Source of the DNA: Mobula hypostoma
Lineage: Eukaryota
Assembly: GCF_963921235.1 (NCBI RefSeq)
Contig: NC_086108.1
Location: forward strand, 54,872,001 to 54,936,000
DNA length: 64,000 bases
Reading direction: 5' to 3'
Shown: piece after piece, positions 48,916-61,250 of the stretch
Layout of the letters: the number at the start of each line of letters is the position of its first letter
How positions within the stretch are numbered: position 1 is the stretch's first letter
The notes under the pieces: generated by a model
Databases searched by the model: none
Told to the model about the DNA's origin: nothing
Seen by the model: only the letters and a program-made list of their open reading frames with translations
Translations under genes and position numbers: made by a program

Positions 48916-51789
48916 TTTTTTTTTCTCCCCTTGCCTCAGTGGAAAAAGCCTGCTTGCTTTCACTATCTATACGCATCATAATTTTATATACCTCAATCAA
49001 ATCTCCCCTCATTCTTCTACGCTCCAGGGTATAAAGTCCTAACCTATTCAACCTTTCTCTGTAACTGAATTTCTCAAGTCCCGGCGACATCCTTGTAAAC
49101 CTTCTCTGCACTCTTTCAACCTTATTTATATCCTTCCTGTAATTTGGTGACCAAAACTGAACACAATACTCCAGATCTGGCCTCACCAATGCCTTATACA
49201 ACCTCATCATAACATTCCAGCTCTTATACTCAATACTTTGATTAATAAAGGCCAATGTACCAAAAGCTATCTTTACGACCCTATCTACCTGTGACACCAC
49301 TCTTAGAGAATTTTGTATCTGTATTCCCAGATCCCTCTGTTCTACTGCACTCCTCAGTGCCTTACCATTTACACTGTATGTTCTACCTCGGTTTGTCCTT
49401 CCAAAGTGCAAAACCTCACACTTGTCTGTGTTAAACTCCATCTGCCATTTTTCAGCCCACTTTTCCAGCTGCTCCAAATCCCTCTGCAAGCTTTGAAAAT
49501 CTTCCTGACTGTCCACTACACCACCAATCTTTGTATCATCAGCAAATTTGCTGATCCAATTTACCACATTATCATCCAGATCATTGATATAGATGACAAA
49601 TAACAATGGACCCAGCACTGATCCCTGTGGCACACCACTAGCCACAGGCCTCCACTCTGAGAAGCAATTCTCTACTACCACTCTTTGGCTTCTTCCATTG
49701 AGCCAATGTCTAATCCAGTTTACCACCTCTCCACGTATACCTAGCGACTGAATTTTCCTAACTAACCTCCCATGCGGGACCTTGTCAAAGGCCTTACTAA
49801 CTTTGCTAACAAATTCTCTGATTCCCTTCATAAACAAGCATCTGTTGACCCTGACTTGAACATGTTTAGTGACTGACTCTCTGAAGACCTGCAATTCAAG
49901 TGGAGGATTCCAAAGATTTCTCACCTGTGGATGAAGAAATTTCTTCTCATTTCAATATGGAATAATTGACCCTTAAATTTGAAACTGATCCCTGATTCCA
50001 GTAATCCCACCCAGGGTAAACAGTATCCCTGGATCCATCCTGTTCGTAAGGGGTGTATTTAAACCCTCTTGCAATAATGTCCAAACTATTGTTTCCTTTC
50101 CCGATTGTTTTATGTACCTGAATGCTAATGTTCCGTGATTCATAAGGCTCTGAACACCAGCACCTTCCAAAGCTCACTATTTAAAGCAAATAATGCTTCC
50201 CTATTTCCTACAAGTTCTCCAAGATTATTTTCCACATGCCATGCCCTCATCCATTCACTGAACATGACTATATCTTCCTGACACGTTTCTGCAACCTCTT
50301 CTTGTGACATATCTTAAGCAATTTTGGAAATAGTACAGTTGGCTCCCGTATCCAAATTCTTGCTATAAATTGTAAATATTAGAGCTCCAACAGTAATCTG
50401 TATGGCATTAGACACAGCCTTCCAACTCAAAAGTGACCCATTTAGCCCGGTTCTTGTATTATAGCATTAACAAATCCTGTTGATGTCAGTATATTACCCC
50501 TGCCTAATTTTAACCCATGTAATTCATTGTAATAAACCTTACTGAAAGTATTTTGAAAATACATATAATAGTTTCCCCCATGTTCTGTGGAGTACAACAT
50601 CAAAAACTCTTTGCAAACAGGATTTCCCTTTCATAAATCTTTTTGAAATGAACAATCATATTAATATTTCCAAAATGCTCCATTACTATTCACTTAAGAA
50701 TGAATCTTAGCATTTTCCTGTTTGATGTCAGACTAAATAGGTTATAAATTTGCTCTTTCCTTGCTCCCTCCTTTTTAAATTGTGAGATTGTATTTGCTAA
50801 TCTGAATCTGTGAGAATTGTTCTGGAACTGGTGGAATTTTAGAAGATGACAAGCAGTGCAGCCACTACTTCCATTGTCACCTGCTTCAAAATCTTATGAC
50901 ACAGGGCATCAGCTCCTAAGAATTTAAGGGCTGTCAATTCTATTAATGTCTTCCATATTATTTTTACAAACTTTTTTTTTTCAACTCATTATTCTCTGTA
51001 GAGCTGTTGTTCACAATTTCTCATTTTTAATGGCTGCTGTCAATAGACACACTATGTTTAGCTTATTTGCTATTTTGTTTCTTTTATTGCCATTCTTACG
51101 GTCTCATTTTATGTTTCTCACTAGATTACTTTTATATTCTATCTTTCCCTTCCATATCAACATCTTGGTCTTCCTTCGCCAAATTCTGAAGTTTTTTCAA
51201 TCCTCTTACAAGCCTTTTCCTTTGATCTAATATCAATTTCTAATTAACAAGACAGATTCTGCTGATGTTGGAAATTCAAAGTAACATACACAAAATGCTG
51301 GATGAACTCAGCAGGTTAGGCAGCATCTGTGGAAAGAAATAAAGAGTCAACATTTCAAGCTGAGACCCTTCAGGGTTTTCTTTAGCATTTTGTGCAAGTT
51401 ACAAATTTCTCCTTGTCTACAATTGGGCTGTTTTTAATGTTTGAGATTTTATGCCCAGGGATATACATTTGTTATAAACTACATATTATTTGAATGTCAG
51501 TCACTGTTTGTTCACTGCTGTTTACCACATGCACCGTAATCAACTTACGTTTTTGTGTTTGTGGTTTGCTTTGTTTATATTTACGACTTGATTTCATATT
51601 GAACTAAACCATCATAAGTATTTCTGTAAAATTTTATCCGGCCAAGTTGATTCTACTTACTGGATTTTGGAGTGGAGCTCCATAACTCTCTGCCATTTTA
51701 ATTCAATACTTTATTATTAGGATGATCCCCTTCTTTTTTATTTTGCCTGTCTCTTGTAAAATTTAAGAATCCTGGAATATTTAAGTTGG

Positions 51790-52870
51790 TAAATTGGTTT
51801 AAAATTGTTACATGTACCAAAGTATAGTGAAACATTTGTCTTGTATATCATTCACACAGATCAATTCATTACACTAGCCCTTTGAGGCAGTACAAGGTAA
51901 AAGAATAAAGCAGAGCAAAATAAAGTGTTATAATTGCAGAGAAGGTGATGTGCATGTAGACAATAAGGTGCAAGGCCATAGCAAAGTAGATTGCGAGGTG
52001 AAGAGTCCATCCTATCGTATTCAATAGTTGTCCTTGTGCTTGGTAGTACATGCTTTCAGGCTTCTCCTCCTCAATGTGAGAGAGGCGAAGAAGAGAGAAT
52101 GTCAGGGATGTGTGTGTGTGTTTGGGGGGGGGTCTTTGATTATGTTTGCTGCTTTATCGAGGCAGTAAGAACTGTAGACAGAAACCTACAGATGTTCATT
52201 CCTAGGAGCCTGAAGTTCTCAACCCTCCTAACCTCAACATGGTTGATGTAAACAGAAGCATGTGTACCTCCAGCCCTCCCTTCCCTAAAGTCAGTGATAA
52301 GCTCTTTTGTTTTGCTGATTTTGAGGTAAAGATTGTTGTTAATAACACCATGTCACGAGCTTTTCCTGCACTTTATCCTGTACTTCCTGGACTCATTATT
52401 ATTTGAATTATGGTCCACTACCGTGGTATCATCTACAAATTTGTGCATGGAATTAGAACACAGTATGATCACACAGTTGTGAGTGCATCTGGATTTGAGT
52501 GGGGTCTGATGATGCAGTCTTGTGGGGCACCGGTGCTGGGAATAATCACGGAGGAGATGTTGCTACTGATCCTTACTGATTGTGGTCTGTTGGTCAAGTT
52601 GCAAAGGGAAGTGTTGAATCCCAGGAATAGGAATTTGGAGATGAGTTTGCTTGGAAATAGAGTATTGAAGGTGGAGCTGCAGTCAATAAAAATAGTCTAA
52701 CTTCGGTGTCTTTACTGTCCAGGTGCTTCAGAAATGAGTATAGAGCCAGAAAGGTGGAGTCTTCAATAGGCATCTTTCAGCAGTAAGCGAATAGTAGTGG
52801 GTTGAGGTTGCCTGGGAGGCTGGAGTTAACACATGCCATGACCAGCCTCTGAAAACACTTCATGATTAAT
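51790..52870 (-). mobile_element. Degraded Rex1/Babar LINE
   Basis: Minus-strand relics of GAPQ (ggtgccccacaa at about 52525), KFVDDT (about 52430) and VENFRLLG (about 52210). Confidence 0.65.
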
Positions 52871-52896
52871 TATCAATTAGGTAACTTTGTAACCTA

Positions 52897-53415
52897 TAGT
52901 ACTGCGCAAAAGTCTTAGGCTAGGATGTCTAAAACTTTTGCACAGTACTATATTTGTCAACGTGGAGCAGGGAGCAAGTTTGTATGTCTGGCAGGAGCAA
53001 AGAATGTTAGGAGTGCCACGTCAGGGGTGTTGGACAGGTGGCAGAGAAGGAGTGCCAGGGCAGAGGGTAGCGTGGGTGCAGACACACTGAGTCCTGAGAC
53101 ACCAGGAAAGGTCATCTGATTCCAAACAATTGGTTTATTGATCATTACACAATGTCTCTCTGGTGCTTCCCACTCCTTCCCCTCTCCCTTCCCCTTTTCC
53201 CAACCATGATTCCCCTCTCCCTGCCCCCTTCCCACTCTCAGTCCTTAGTGGAGATCCATATCAGAATTAGGTTTATGATAACTCACATATGTCATGAAGT
53301 TGTTCTTTTCTAGGCAGCCATGCAGTGCAATATATAAAATTACTACAGTACTGTAGTAAAAGTCTTAGGCGCTCTAGCTATATATATGTGTGCCCGAGAC
53401 TTTTGCACAGTACTG
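52897..53415. mobile_element. Tc1/mariner-type composite MITE with four TIR copies
   Basis: The TIR cagtactgtgcaaaagtcttaggc forms mini-elements at 52897-52950 and 53346-53415. TA flanks both outer ends. Confidence 0.8.
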
Positions 53416-54202
53416 TAGATTCATTAATGATTTGGAGACAAGACTGTATGCCTTTGTTTAGATTTGTACTATTAATTTATTTATCATTATTATGAGTGTT
53501 GTGCATACAGATATTGTTTTTTTGCTGTTTTTAAGTTATTACCTCCTCTTAACAAACTCTGGTTATGCTACTGGGCCCTATCATTCTGTTCTTTCTCTTT
53601 TAATTTTCTAAATTTCCCTCACCAGAACTCTCCCAAACACTATTTAGCTAAAAGTCTTTATCTACAGCCCCATTTGTTGATTATGGCTTGAGGATGGCAG
53701 TCTGCAAAATGTTAAAAATGGTTTGCTGCAGGTTAAATTTCTTCAGTTTGATTTGCTCCTCAGCCAGCTTCATAATTTCACCATTGCTAGACACCACAGA
53801 TCCCCTGGGAATACTGGGGAGACTATTAGCATTCATCAGTATGGAGGGCAGTAAATGCTTTGGGAAAACCGACTTGTCCAGTTAAACATGGGAATCCAGA
53901 AGCTGCTGCCAGGAAATCCCTGTTCCTCCACTGGATGTAGTCTCAGTGCAGTAAGCTGCATTAAAAGCAAAAATTACTAAGACATTAAGTTTCTAATAAA
54001 TCATTCTTGCTGTAAAATCATTGTAAAGTATTACATATTGTTAAATGAGGCGTAATTAAGTTTTTTATGTCTCATAATCATTGCTGAACAACCTCCTAGT
54101 TGTGAAAATCTGATTTTGTATGTTTGGATTTTCTTTCCCTCAGTATAAGGGAATGAAAACTCAACTATATAAAGGCTTTGAGTGGGTTTCCTATCTTAGG
54201 CA

Positions 54203-54436
54203 AATGCTGGCTGGTGGCGTAGTAGCATCAGCACCTGACTTCGGAGTGAAGGCTCCAGAGTTCGAATCCAACCGGCTCCATTGCATGCTTTCCATCTGTG
54301 CTGGGTTGAGCGTCGAGCTAGCAACTTGACCTCATAAAAATATGCAATCCTGCTAAAAAAACGCTGTCATGGCGGTGTCCTGATGACTCCACTCGGAGTT
54401 AAGGGATTCCTTCTTCTTCTTCTTCTTCTTCTTCTT
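54203..54436 (+). mobile_element. tRNA-derived SINE with an RTE-like body and (ttc)n tail
   Basis: A box tggcgtagtag, B box gttcgaatcc, and a 12-bp TSD CTATCTTAGGCA (54191-54202 and 54437-54448). Confidence 0.9.
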
Positions 54437-54459
54437 CTATCTTAGGCAGGGGTACTGAA

Positions 54460-55160
54460 TAAAAAAGTCAGCACATTATGTTGCAGTTGTACAAGACAGA
54501 GTTTAGGCTACTCTTGGAATATCACTTGCAGTGTCGAAAGGATGTGGTAAGTGCTGGAAAGAGTGCAGAAGAGATTCATCAGGATTTATGCTGGATTAGA
54601 GAGCTTTAGTTACAAGGGGAGAATGAATATGCTGGGATTCTTCACATTGGAGCACAGGAGGTTGATGGGTAACCTTGCAGAGATTTATAAAATTATGAAG
54701 GGGATAGATAGGATAGCTAGCCACAGTCTTTTTCCAAGGTCAGAGGGGCCTGAAACTGGTGGACTCAGGTTAGGGATGAGAGGGAAAATAATTAAAAGAG
54801 AGCTGGGCAGTAGGTTTTTCACCTGGAACAGACTATCAGAAGGGATGGTAGAGACAGGTACACCACAGCATTTAAAAGGCAGTTTACAAGTGTATGGATA
54901 GGATTGAAATAGAGTGGGAATAGAAGAAGAGGAGAGGGGGAGGGGATTTTTTTTACCAGAAGGAGAAACTGATTTTCATGCCATCAGGTTGGAGACTACC
55001 CAGACAGAACATAAGGTGTTGCTCCTCCACCTTGAGAGTGGTCTTATCGTGGCACAAGTGGAGGCCATGGTCCAACATGTCAGAACGGGAATGGGAGTCG
55101 GAATTGAAATGTTTGGCCAGGGAAGTCCCGCTTTTGGCGGATGGAGCAGAAAAGCACGAT
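54460..55160. mobile_element. Degraded CR1 3' part (+, to about 54900) followed by a Penelope GIY-YIG fragment (-)
   Basis: LERVQKRFIR...GNLAEIYKIMKG; 54975-55160 is homologous to 7337-7525. Confidence 0.75.
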
Positions 55161-56424
55161 GAAGTATCGGCTCCAGTTTATGATGGATCTTACCAAAGCA
55201 TTTTGATTGGCTGGAGTATGTCAAAGTAGTATCTCTGATTGAAGAGGAATCCTGAGACACTGGAGCCAAACACAAATGAGTAAAAAGCAAAACAATATTT
55301 CTAGTTGACTGTTTAATATATATTCCAAAGATACTAATTGCCCAAATAATGTTTTCATCAATGAGATGAAAATTGAACTTTTGTGTAAGATTGTTTGTGA
55401 TCTAACATAATTAGTGCATATGTTTCATATGTTTGATATAATTTTACCACTTTGACAGTTTGATTTTCTGACGTTGTATGATTATTACTGCCAAAATGAT
55501 AAAGGTGAATAATTTGATTCTAGATTTTGGAACCTTTATTGATAGTGTGATTCAAGTTTATGAATTTATTTATTGTATATGTCACAATGGTATGATCATG
55601 TGGATTTAAGGATCCATTGATAAAAGTATTCTACGATGTGATCAGTTGTTAATTGGGTCTCTGTTATTTTGCAGCTTTCTCTTCTTCCATATGTTGGTCC
55701 TTGTGTACAAGAAAGCTGAATGGATTATAACATTAGTCTGATATACAAGGACTTGCTTGAGTTGAAGCTTAAAAATAAGATGTCTGATTCTTTCAGCGAA
55801 GTGTAATCCCGATCTTTACTGATGCTTAGCAGTGATCAGAACTGGAAGCCTTGACTGTTCACCTTTCATATAAAAACACAGCTAAATGTTGATGTTTCTG
55901 GGGTTTGTTTTAAATTGTGTTTCTGAATATTTCAGATTAGGAAATACAGTGCAATATGCAGGTAAAAGTTTAGACCTTTGATCAGTCTGGCTATTTATCA
56001 GGAAGGAAGTGGAATTCATGAGGGCTGTAGTTATTGTAAAAGATAAATGTAATTCTATCTAGCTTTTGTTTTGTTTTAGAACTATCAATGAAATCAAAAC
56101 TTCCTAAAAAAAATGGCAGTTTGTGTAAAATATACTTGCAGTATCAGCACCAAGTAATTGAGCAGTTTTCGCCTTAACTGAAAGCTTTTATAGTAAATCC
56201 AAAGATGATCAAAAGAAAGGCACTGTTTCTAAAACAAAAGACAGCACGACATCATTAAATGTTGGGCCTGAGCTTTGTGGAAGTTGCCAGCAGATCTCCA
56301 TCACACAGCTGGCATTTATATACAACATCCCTTGCAAATGTCCACAAGCTGAAGACTCTCACAAGAATGCACATGTCCCAAACTTGCTGGTCAGGCTCAA
56401 ATGGTGACTTGCTAGCTCTACTCA

Positions 56425-59400
56425 CAGATGAACTGCACCCGAGGGTTCTGAAAGAAGTAGCGTTAGAGATTATGGTGGCATTAGAAATCATCTTTCAAAA
56501 ATCATTGGATTCTGGCATAGTGCCAGAGAACTGGAAAATTGCAAATATTATTCCACTCTTTAAGAAAGGAGCAAGGCAGCAGGTCAGAAAGTTAGCCTGA
56601 CCTCAGTGGTTGGGAAGATGTTAGAGTCAATTGTTAAGGATGAGGTGATGGATTACTTGGTGACACAGGACAAGATAGTACAAAGTCAGCATGGTTTCCT
56701 TCGGGGGAAATCCTGCCTGACAAACCGATTGGAATTCTTTGAGATTAGTAGTAGGATGGATAAAGGGAATGCAGTGGATGTTGTATATCTGGACTTACAG
56801 AAGGCATTTGACAAGGTACCACACATGAACCTGCTTACCAAGTTAAGAGCCCATGGTATTACAGGAAAGTTATTAACATGGTTAGAGCATTGGCTGATTG
56901 GTAGGAGGCAGTGAGTGGGAATAAAAGGGTCCTTTTCTGGTTGGCTGCCTGTGACTAGTGGTGTTCTGCACGGGTCAGTGTTGGGACCACTTCTTTTTAT
57001 GCTGTATATAAATGATTTAGATGATGGAATAGTTGCTTTGTTGCCAAGTTTGCAAATGATACAAAGATTGGTGGAGGGGCAGGTAGAGTTGAGGAAACAA
57101 ATAGGATGCAGAATGACTTAGACAGATTAGGAGCATGGAAAAGAAATTGGCAAATGAAATATAGTGTTGGAAAATGCATGGTCATGCACTTTGCTGGTAG
57201 AAATAAATGTGCAGACTATTATCTAAACGGGGAGAAAATCCAAAAATCTGAGATGCAAAGGGACTTGGGAGTCCTTGTGCAGAACACTCTGAAGGTTAAA
57301 TTGCAGGTTGAGTCAGTGGTGAGGAAGGCAAATGCCTTGTTAGTGTTCGTTTCAAGTGGTCAGAATATAAGAGCAAGGATGTGATGCTGAGGCTTTATAA
57401 GGCACTGGTGAGGCCTCACCTTGAGTATTTAAACAGTTTTGGGCCCTTCATCTTAGAAAAGAATGAAAGGGTTATCATACGAGGAATGTCTGATGGCTCT
57501 GGGTCTGTACTCGCTGGAATTCAGATGGATGAGGGGGGATCTCTTTGTAGAGGAGCACTTTGGTTCCAGTGATCATAACACCATTAGTTTCAACTTGATC
57601 ATGGACAAGGATGGATCTGGTCCTAGGGTTGAGGTTCTGAACTGGAAGAAGGCCAAATTTGAAGAAATGAGAAAGGATCTAAAAAGCGTGGATTGGGACA
57701 GGTTGTTCTCTGGCAAGGATGTGATCGGTAAGTGGGAAGCCTTCAAAGGGGAAATTTTGAGAGTGCAGAGCTTGTATGTTCCTGTCAGGATTAAAGGCAA
57801 AGGGAATAGGAATAAGGAACCTTGGTTCTCAAGGATATTGCAACTCTGATAAAGAAGAAGAGAGAGTTGTATGACATGTATAGGAAACAAGGAGTAAATA
57901 AGGTGATTGAGGAGTATAAAAAGTGCAAGAAAATACTTAAGAAAGAAATCAGGAGGGCTAAAAGAAGACATGAGGTTGCCTTGGCAGTCAAAGTGAAGGA
58001 TAATCCAAAGAGCTTTTACAGGTATATTAAGAGTAAAAGGATTGTAAGGGATAAAATTGGTCCTCTTGAAGATCAGAGTGGTCGGCTATGTGCGGAACCA
58101 AAAGAAATGGGGGAGATCTTAAATGGGTTTTTTGCGTCTGTATTTACTAAGGAAATTGGCATGAAGTCTATGGAATTAAGGGAAACAAGTAGTGAGATCA
58201 TGGAAAATGTACAGATTGAAAAGGAGGAGGTGCTTGCTATCTTGAGGCAAATTAAAGTGGATAAATCCCCAGGACCTGACAGGGTGTTCCCTTGGACCTT
58301 GAAGGAGACTAGTGTTGAAATTGCAGGGGCACTGGCAGATATATTTAAAATGTTGGTGTCTACGGGTGAGGTGCCGGAGGATTGGAGAGTGGCTCATGTT
58401 GTTCCGTTGTTTAAAAAAGAATCGAAAAGTAATCTGGGAAATTATAGGCCGGTAAGTTTGACGTCGGTAGTGGGTAAGTTATTGGAGGGAGTACTAAGAG
58501 ACAGAATCTACAAGCATTTGGATAGACAGGGACTTATTAGGGAGAGTCAACATGGCTTTGTGTGTAGTAGTTCATGTTTAACCAATCCATTGGAGTTTTT
58601 CGAGGAGGTTACCAGGAAAGTGGAAGGCAGTGGATGTTGTCTACATGGACTTCAGTAAGGCCTTTGACAAGGTCCCGCATGGGAGGTTAGTTAGGAAAGT
58701 TCAGACGCTAGGTATACATGGAGAGGTGGTAAATTGGATTAGACATTGGCTCAATGGAAGAAGCCAAAGAGTGGTAGTAGAGGATTGCTTCTCAGAGTGG
58801 AGGCCTGTGACTATTGGTGTGCCACAGGGATCAGTGCTGGGTCCATTGTTATTTGTCATCTATATCAATGATCTGGATGATAATGTGATAAATTGGATTA
58901 GCAAATTTGCTGATGATACAAAGATTGGAGGTGTAGTGGACAGTGAGGAAAGTTTTCAGAGCCTGCAGAGGGACTTGGACCAGCTGGAAAAATGGCAGAT
59001 GGAGTTTAATACAGACAAGTGTGAGGTATTTCACTTTGGAAGGACAAACCAAGGTAGAACATACAGGGTAAATGGTAAGGCACTGAGAAGTGCAGTAGAA
59101 CAGAGGGATCTGGGAATACAGATACAAAATTCCCTAAAAGTGGCATCACAGGTAGATAGGGTCATAAAGAAAGCTTTTGGTTCATTGGCCTTTATTAATC
59201 AAAGTATTGAGTATAAGAGCTGGAATGTTATGATGAGGTTGTATAAGGCATTGGTGAGGCTGAATCTGGAGTATTGTGTTCAGTTTTGGTCACCAAATTA
59301 CAGGAAGGATATTAATAAGGTTGAAAGAGTGCAGAGAAGGTTTACAAGGATGTTGCTGGGACTTGAGAAACTCAGTTACAGAGAAAGGTTGAATAAGTTA

Positions 59401-60210
59401 GGACTTTATTCCCTGGAGCGTAGAAGAATGAGGGGAGATTTGATAGAGGTATATAAAATTATGATGGGTATAGATAGAGTGAATGCAAGCAGGCTTTTTC
59501 CACTGAGGCAAGGGGAGAAAAAAACCAGAGGACATGGGTTAAGGGTGAAGGGGGATAAGATTAAAGGGAACATAAGGGAGAGCTTCTTCACTCAGAGAGT
59601 GGTGGGAGTGTGGAATGAGCTGCCAAACGAGGTGGTAAATGTGTGTTCTTTTTTAACATTTAAGAATAAATTGGACAGATACATGGATGAGAGGTGTATG
59701 GAAGGATATGGTCCGTGTGCAGGTCAGTGGGACTAGGCAGAAAATAGTTCAGCCCAGCCAAGAAGGGCCAAAAGGCCTGTTTCTGTGCGGTAGTTTTTCT
59801 CTGGTTTTCTATGGTTTTTCTATCTCATTGAAACCTTTCAAATGTTGAAAGGCCGAAACAGGGGGGATGTGGAAAGGCTGTTACCCATAGTGGGAGAGTC
59901 AAGGACAAGAGGGCACAGCCTCATGATAGATGGGCGCCCTTTTAAAACAGAGATGCGGAGAAATTTCTTTAGCCAAAGGGTGGTGAATTTGTGGAACTTG
60001 TTGCCACGTGCACCTTGGAGGCCAGATTGTTGGGTGTACTTAAGGCAGAGATTGATAGGTTCTTGATTGAACATGGCATCAAAAGTTATGGGGAGAAGGC
60101 CAGGGAGTGGAGCTGAGGAGGAGAAGGAAAAAGGATCAGTCATGATTGAATGGCGGAGCAGACTTGATGGGCCAGATGGCCTAATTCTGCTCCTATGTCT
60201 TATGGTCTAA
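56425..60210 (+). mobile_element. CR1 subfamily A fragment split by a CR1-B insertion
   Basis: 56425-57543 and 59822-60210 are colinear with 34217-35785. Confidence 0.9.
57544..59821 (+). mobile_element. CR1 subfamily B, 5'-truncated
   Basis: ORFs 57822-58658 and 58630-59736; TSD ATCTC at 57539-57543 and 59822-59826. Confidence 0.95.
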
Positions 60211-60964
60211 GTTGTAGGTTATTCTACCAATAAAAGAGAAGTTTCAGATAAGCCTGAAATTTGCATTGATCACGTGATTACAATCAAGTTTTCTTACTTC
60301 TCTGACCGGATCACCGAAAGTAGCTCAAATCTAATTGATTCTAACATTGAAGTAATTCAACATCTCATAATCAACTAAGTTATTTGATATATGATCAGCA
60401 ATACCCCAAGGTATTTTTAACCAGTTAGCCTGACCTTAAAGGTCAACAAAGGAAAGTCTTTCACAATTTTAGATTACCCAAAAGTACATTACAGGCATTC
60501 TTTGCATATTTACTGTTATAATGCAGAAAATTGGCAGATAGGTTGCACATAATTATTTGGCAAGAAAATGTCTGTTATTCATTGAAGTACAATCTATCAC
60601 TGCATCTTTGGGATTCACTAAAGAGAGCAGAGTTTACAGCACTGAAAACTGAACTGACAATATACCTGCCAAGGTTGCAAAATAATCACATACCATTCTC
60701 AATAAACATGCAGCACAATGTCCCATGGGTGGAAAAAGCAATGAAAGGTTTACCAGTGCTCTGTGGTTACAGGTTGCATTATTTCAGCTGATTATATTCA
60801 AGCAGTGCCTGGTTGTACACAACAAGCAATTACACCTTGGTGACTGACAATCTCTGCACCAGATCCCTGGACATGGGTGACACTTTTGATAATAGTTTGA
60901 TAGATTTTCACAGATGCAAGCCATCTATCTGATTTAAGAACTAATACAAGAGTAGAGATTTAAA

Positions 60965-61250
60965 GATCAAGAGCTGAAAGATTGGCTTTATTTGTCACCT
61001 GCTCGAGAAAACAAGACAGTGTAATGTGTTGTTGGCATTAAATCAAATAAGCGAGGGTTGTGCTGGGCACCCTGCAAGTGTTGCCATACTTCCAACCCCA
61101 GCAATAGCATACTCTCAACTCACTTGCCCTAACTGTACATCTTTGGAATATGGGAGGAAACCAGAGCTCCCGGAGGAACCCCATGTTGCCACGGGGAGAA
61201 CATACAAACTCCTTACAGATGGCAGTGGGAATTGAACCCAATATTACAGC
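60965..61250 (-). mobile_element. V-SINE lacking its 5' head
   Basis: B box gggttcaattcc; V domain ggagtttgtatgttctccccgtggcaacatggggttcctccgggagctctggtttcctcccatattccaaaga. Confidence 0.85.

Larger units (their letters stand above)
48352..49799 (-). mobile_element. CR1 subfamily B, 5'-truncated, interrupted by a Penelope palindrome
   Basis: ORF 48860-49924 (SKAFD, GVPQGSVLGP, KFADD). It sits inside an older degraded CR1. Confidence 0.95.

Noticed and set aside
48531..49924. ORFs with novel-looking extensions (48531-48869, and the ends of 48860-49924)
   Set aside because: They are read-through artefacts across CR1, Penelope and older-CR1 junctions.
53650..53960. Possible minus-strand terminal exon after ttttaatgcag
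   Set aside because: The frames are short or interrupted and the peptides are not recognised.
54203..54275. tRNA gene
   Set aside because: A and B boxes are present, but it continues into a SINE body with a tail and TSD, and I see no convincing cloverleaf.
54379..54406. CTGATGA plus a ctcc/ggag hairpin in the SINE tail as a hammerhead
   Set aside because: No GAAA follows the stem and I found no helix I or III; it is more likely an RT-recognition stem-loop.
55936..55961. Possible 26-nt microexon (tttcag|...gcag|gtaaaa)
   Set aside because: Such signals arise by chance in AT-rich DNA and there is no supporting evidence.
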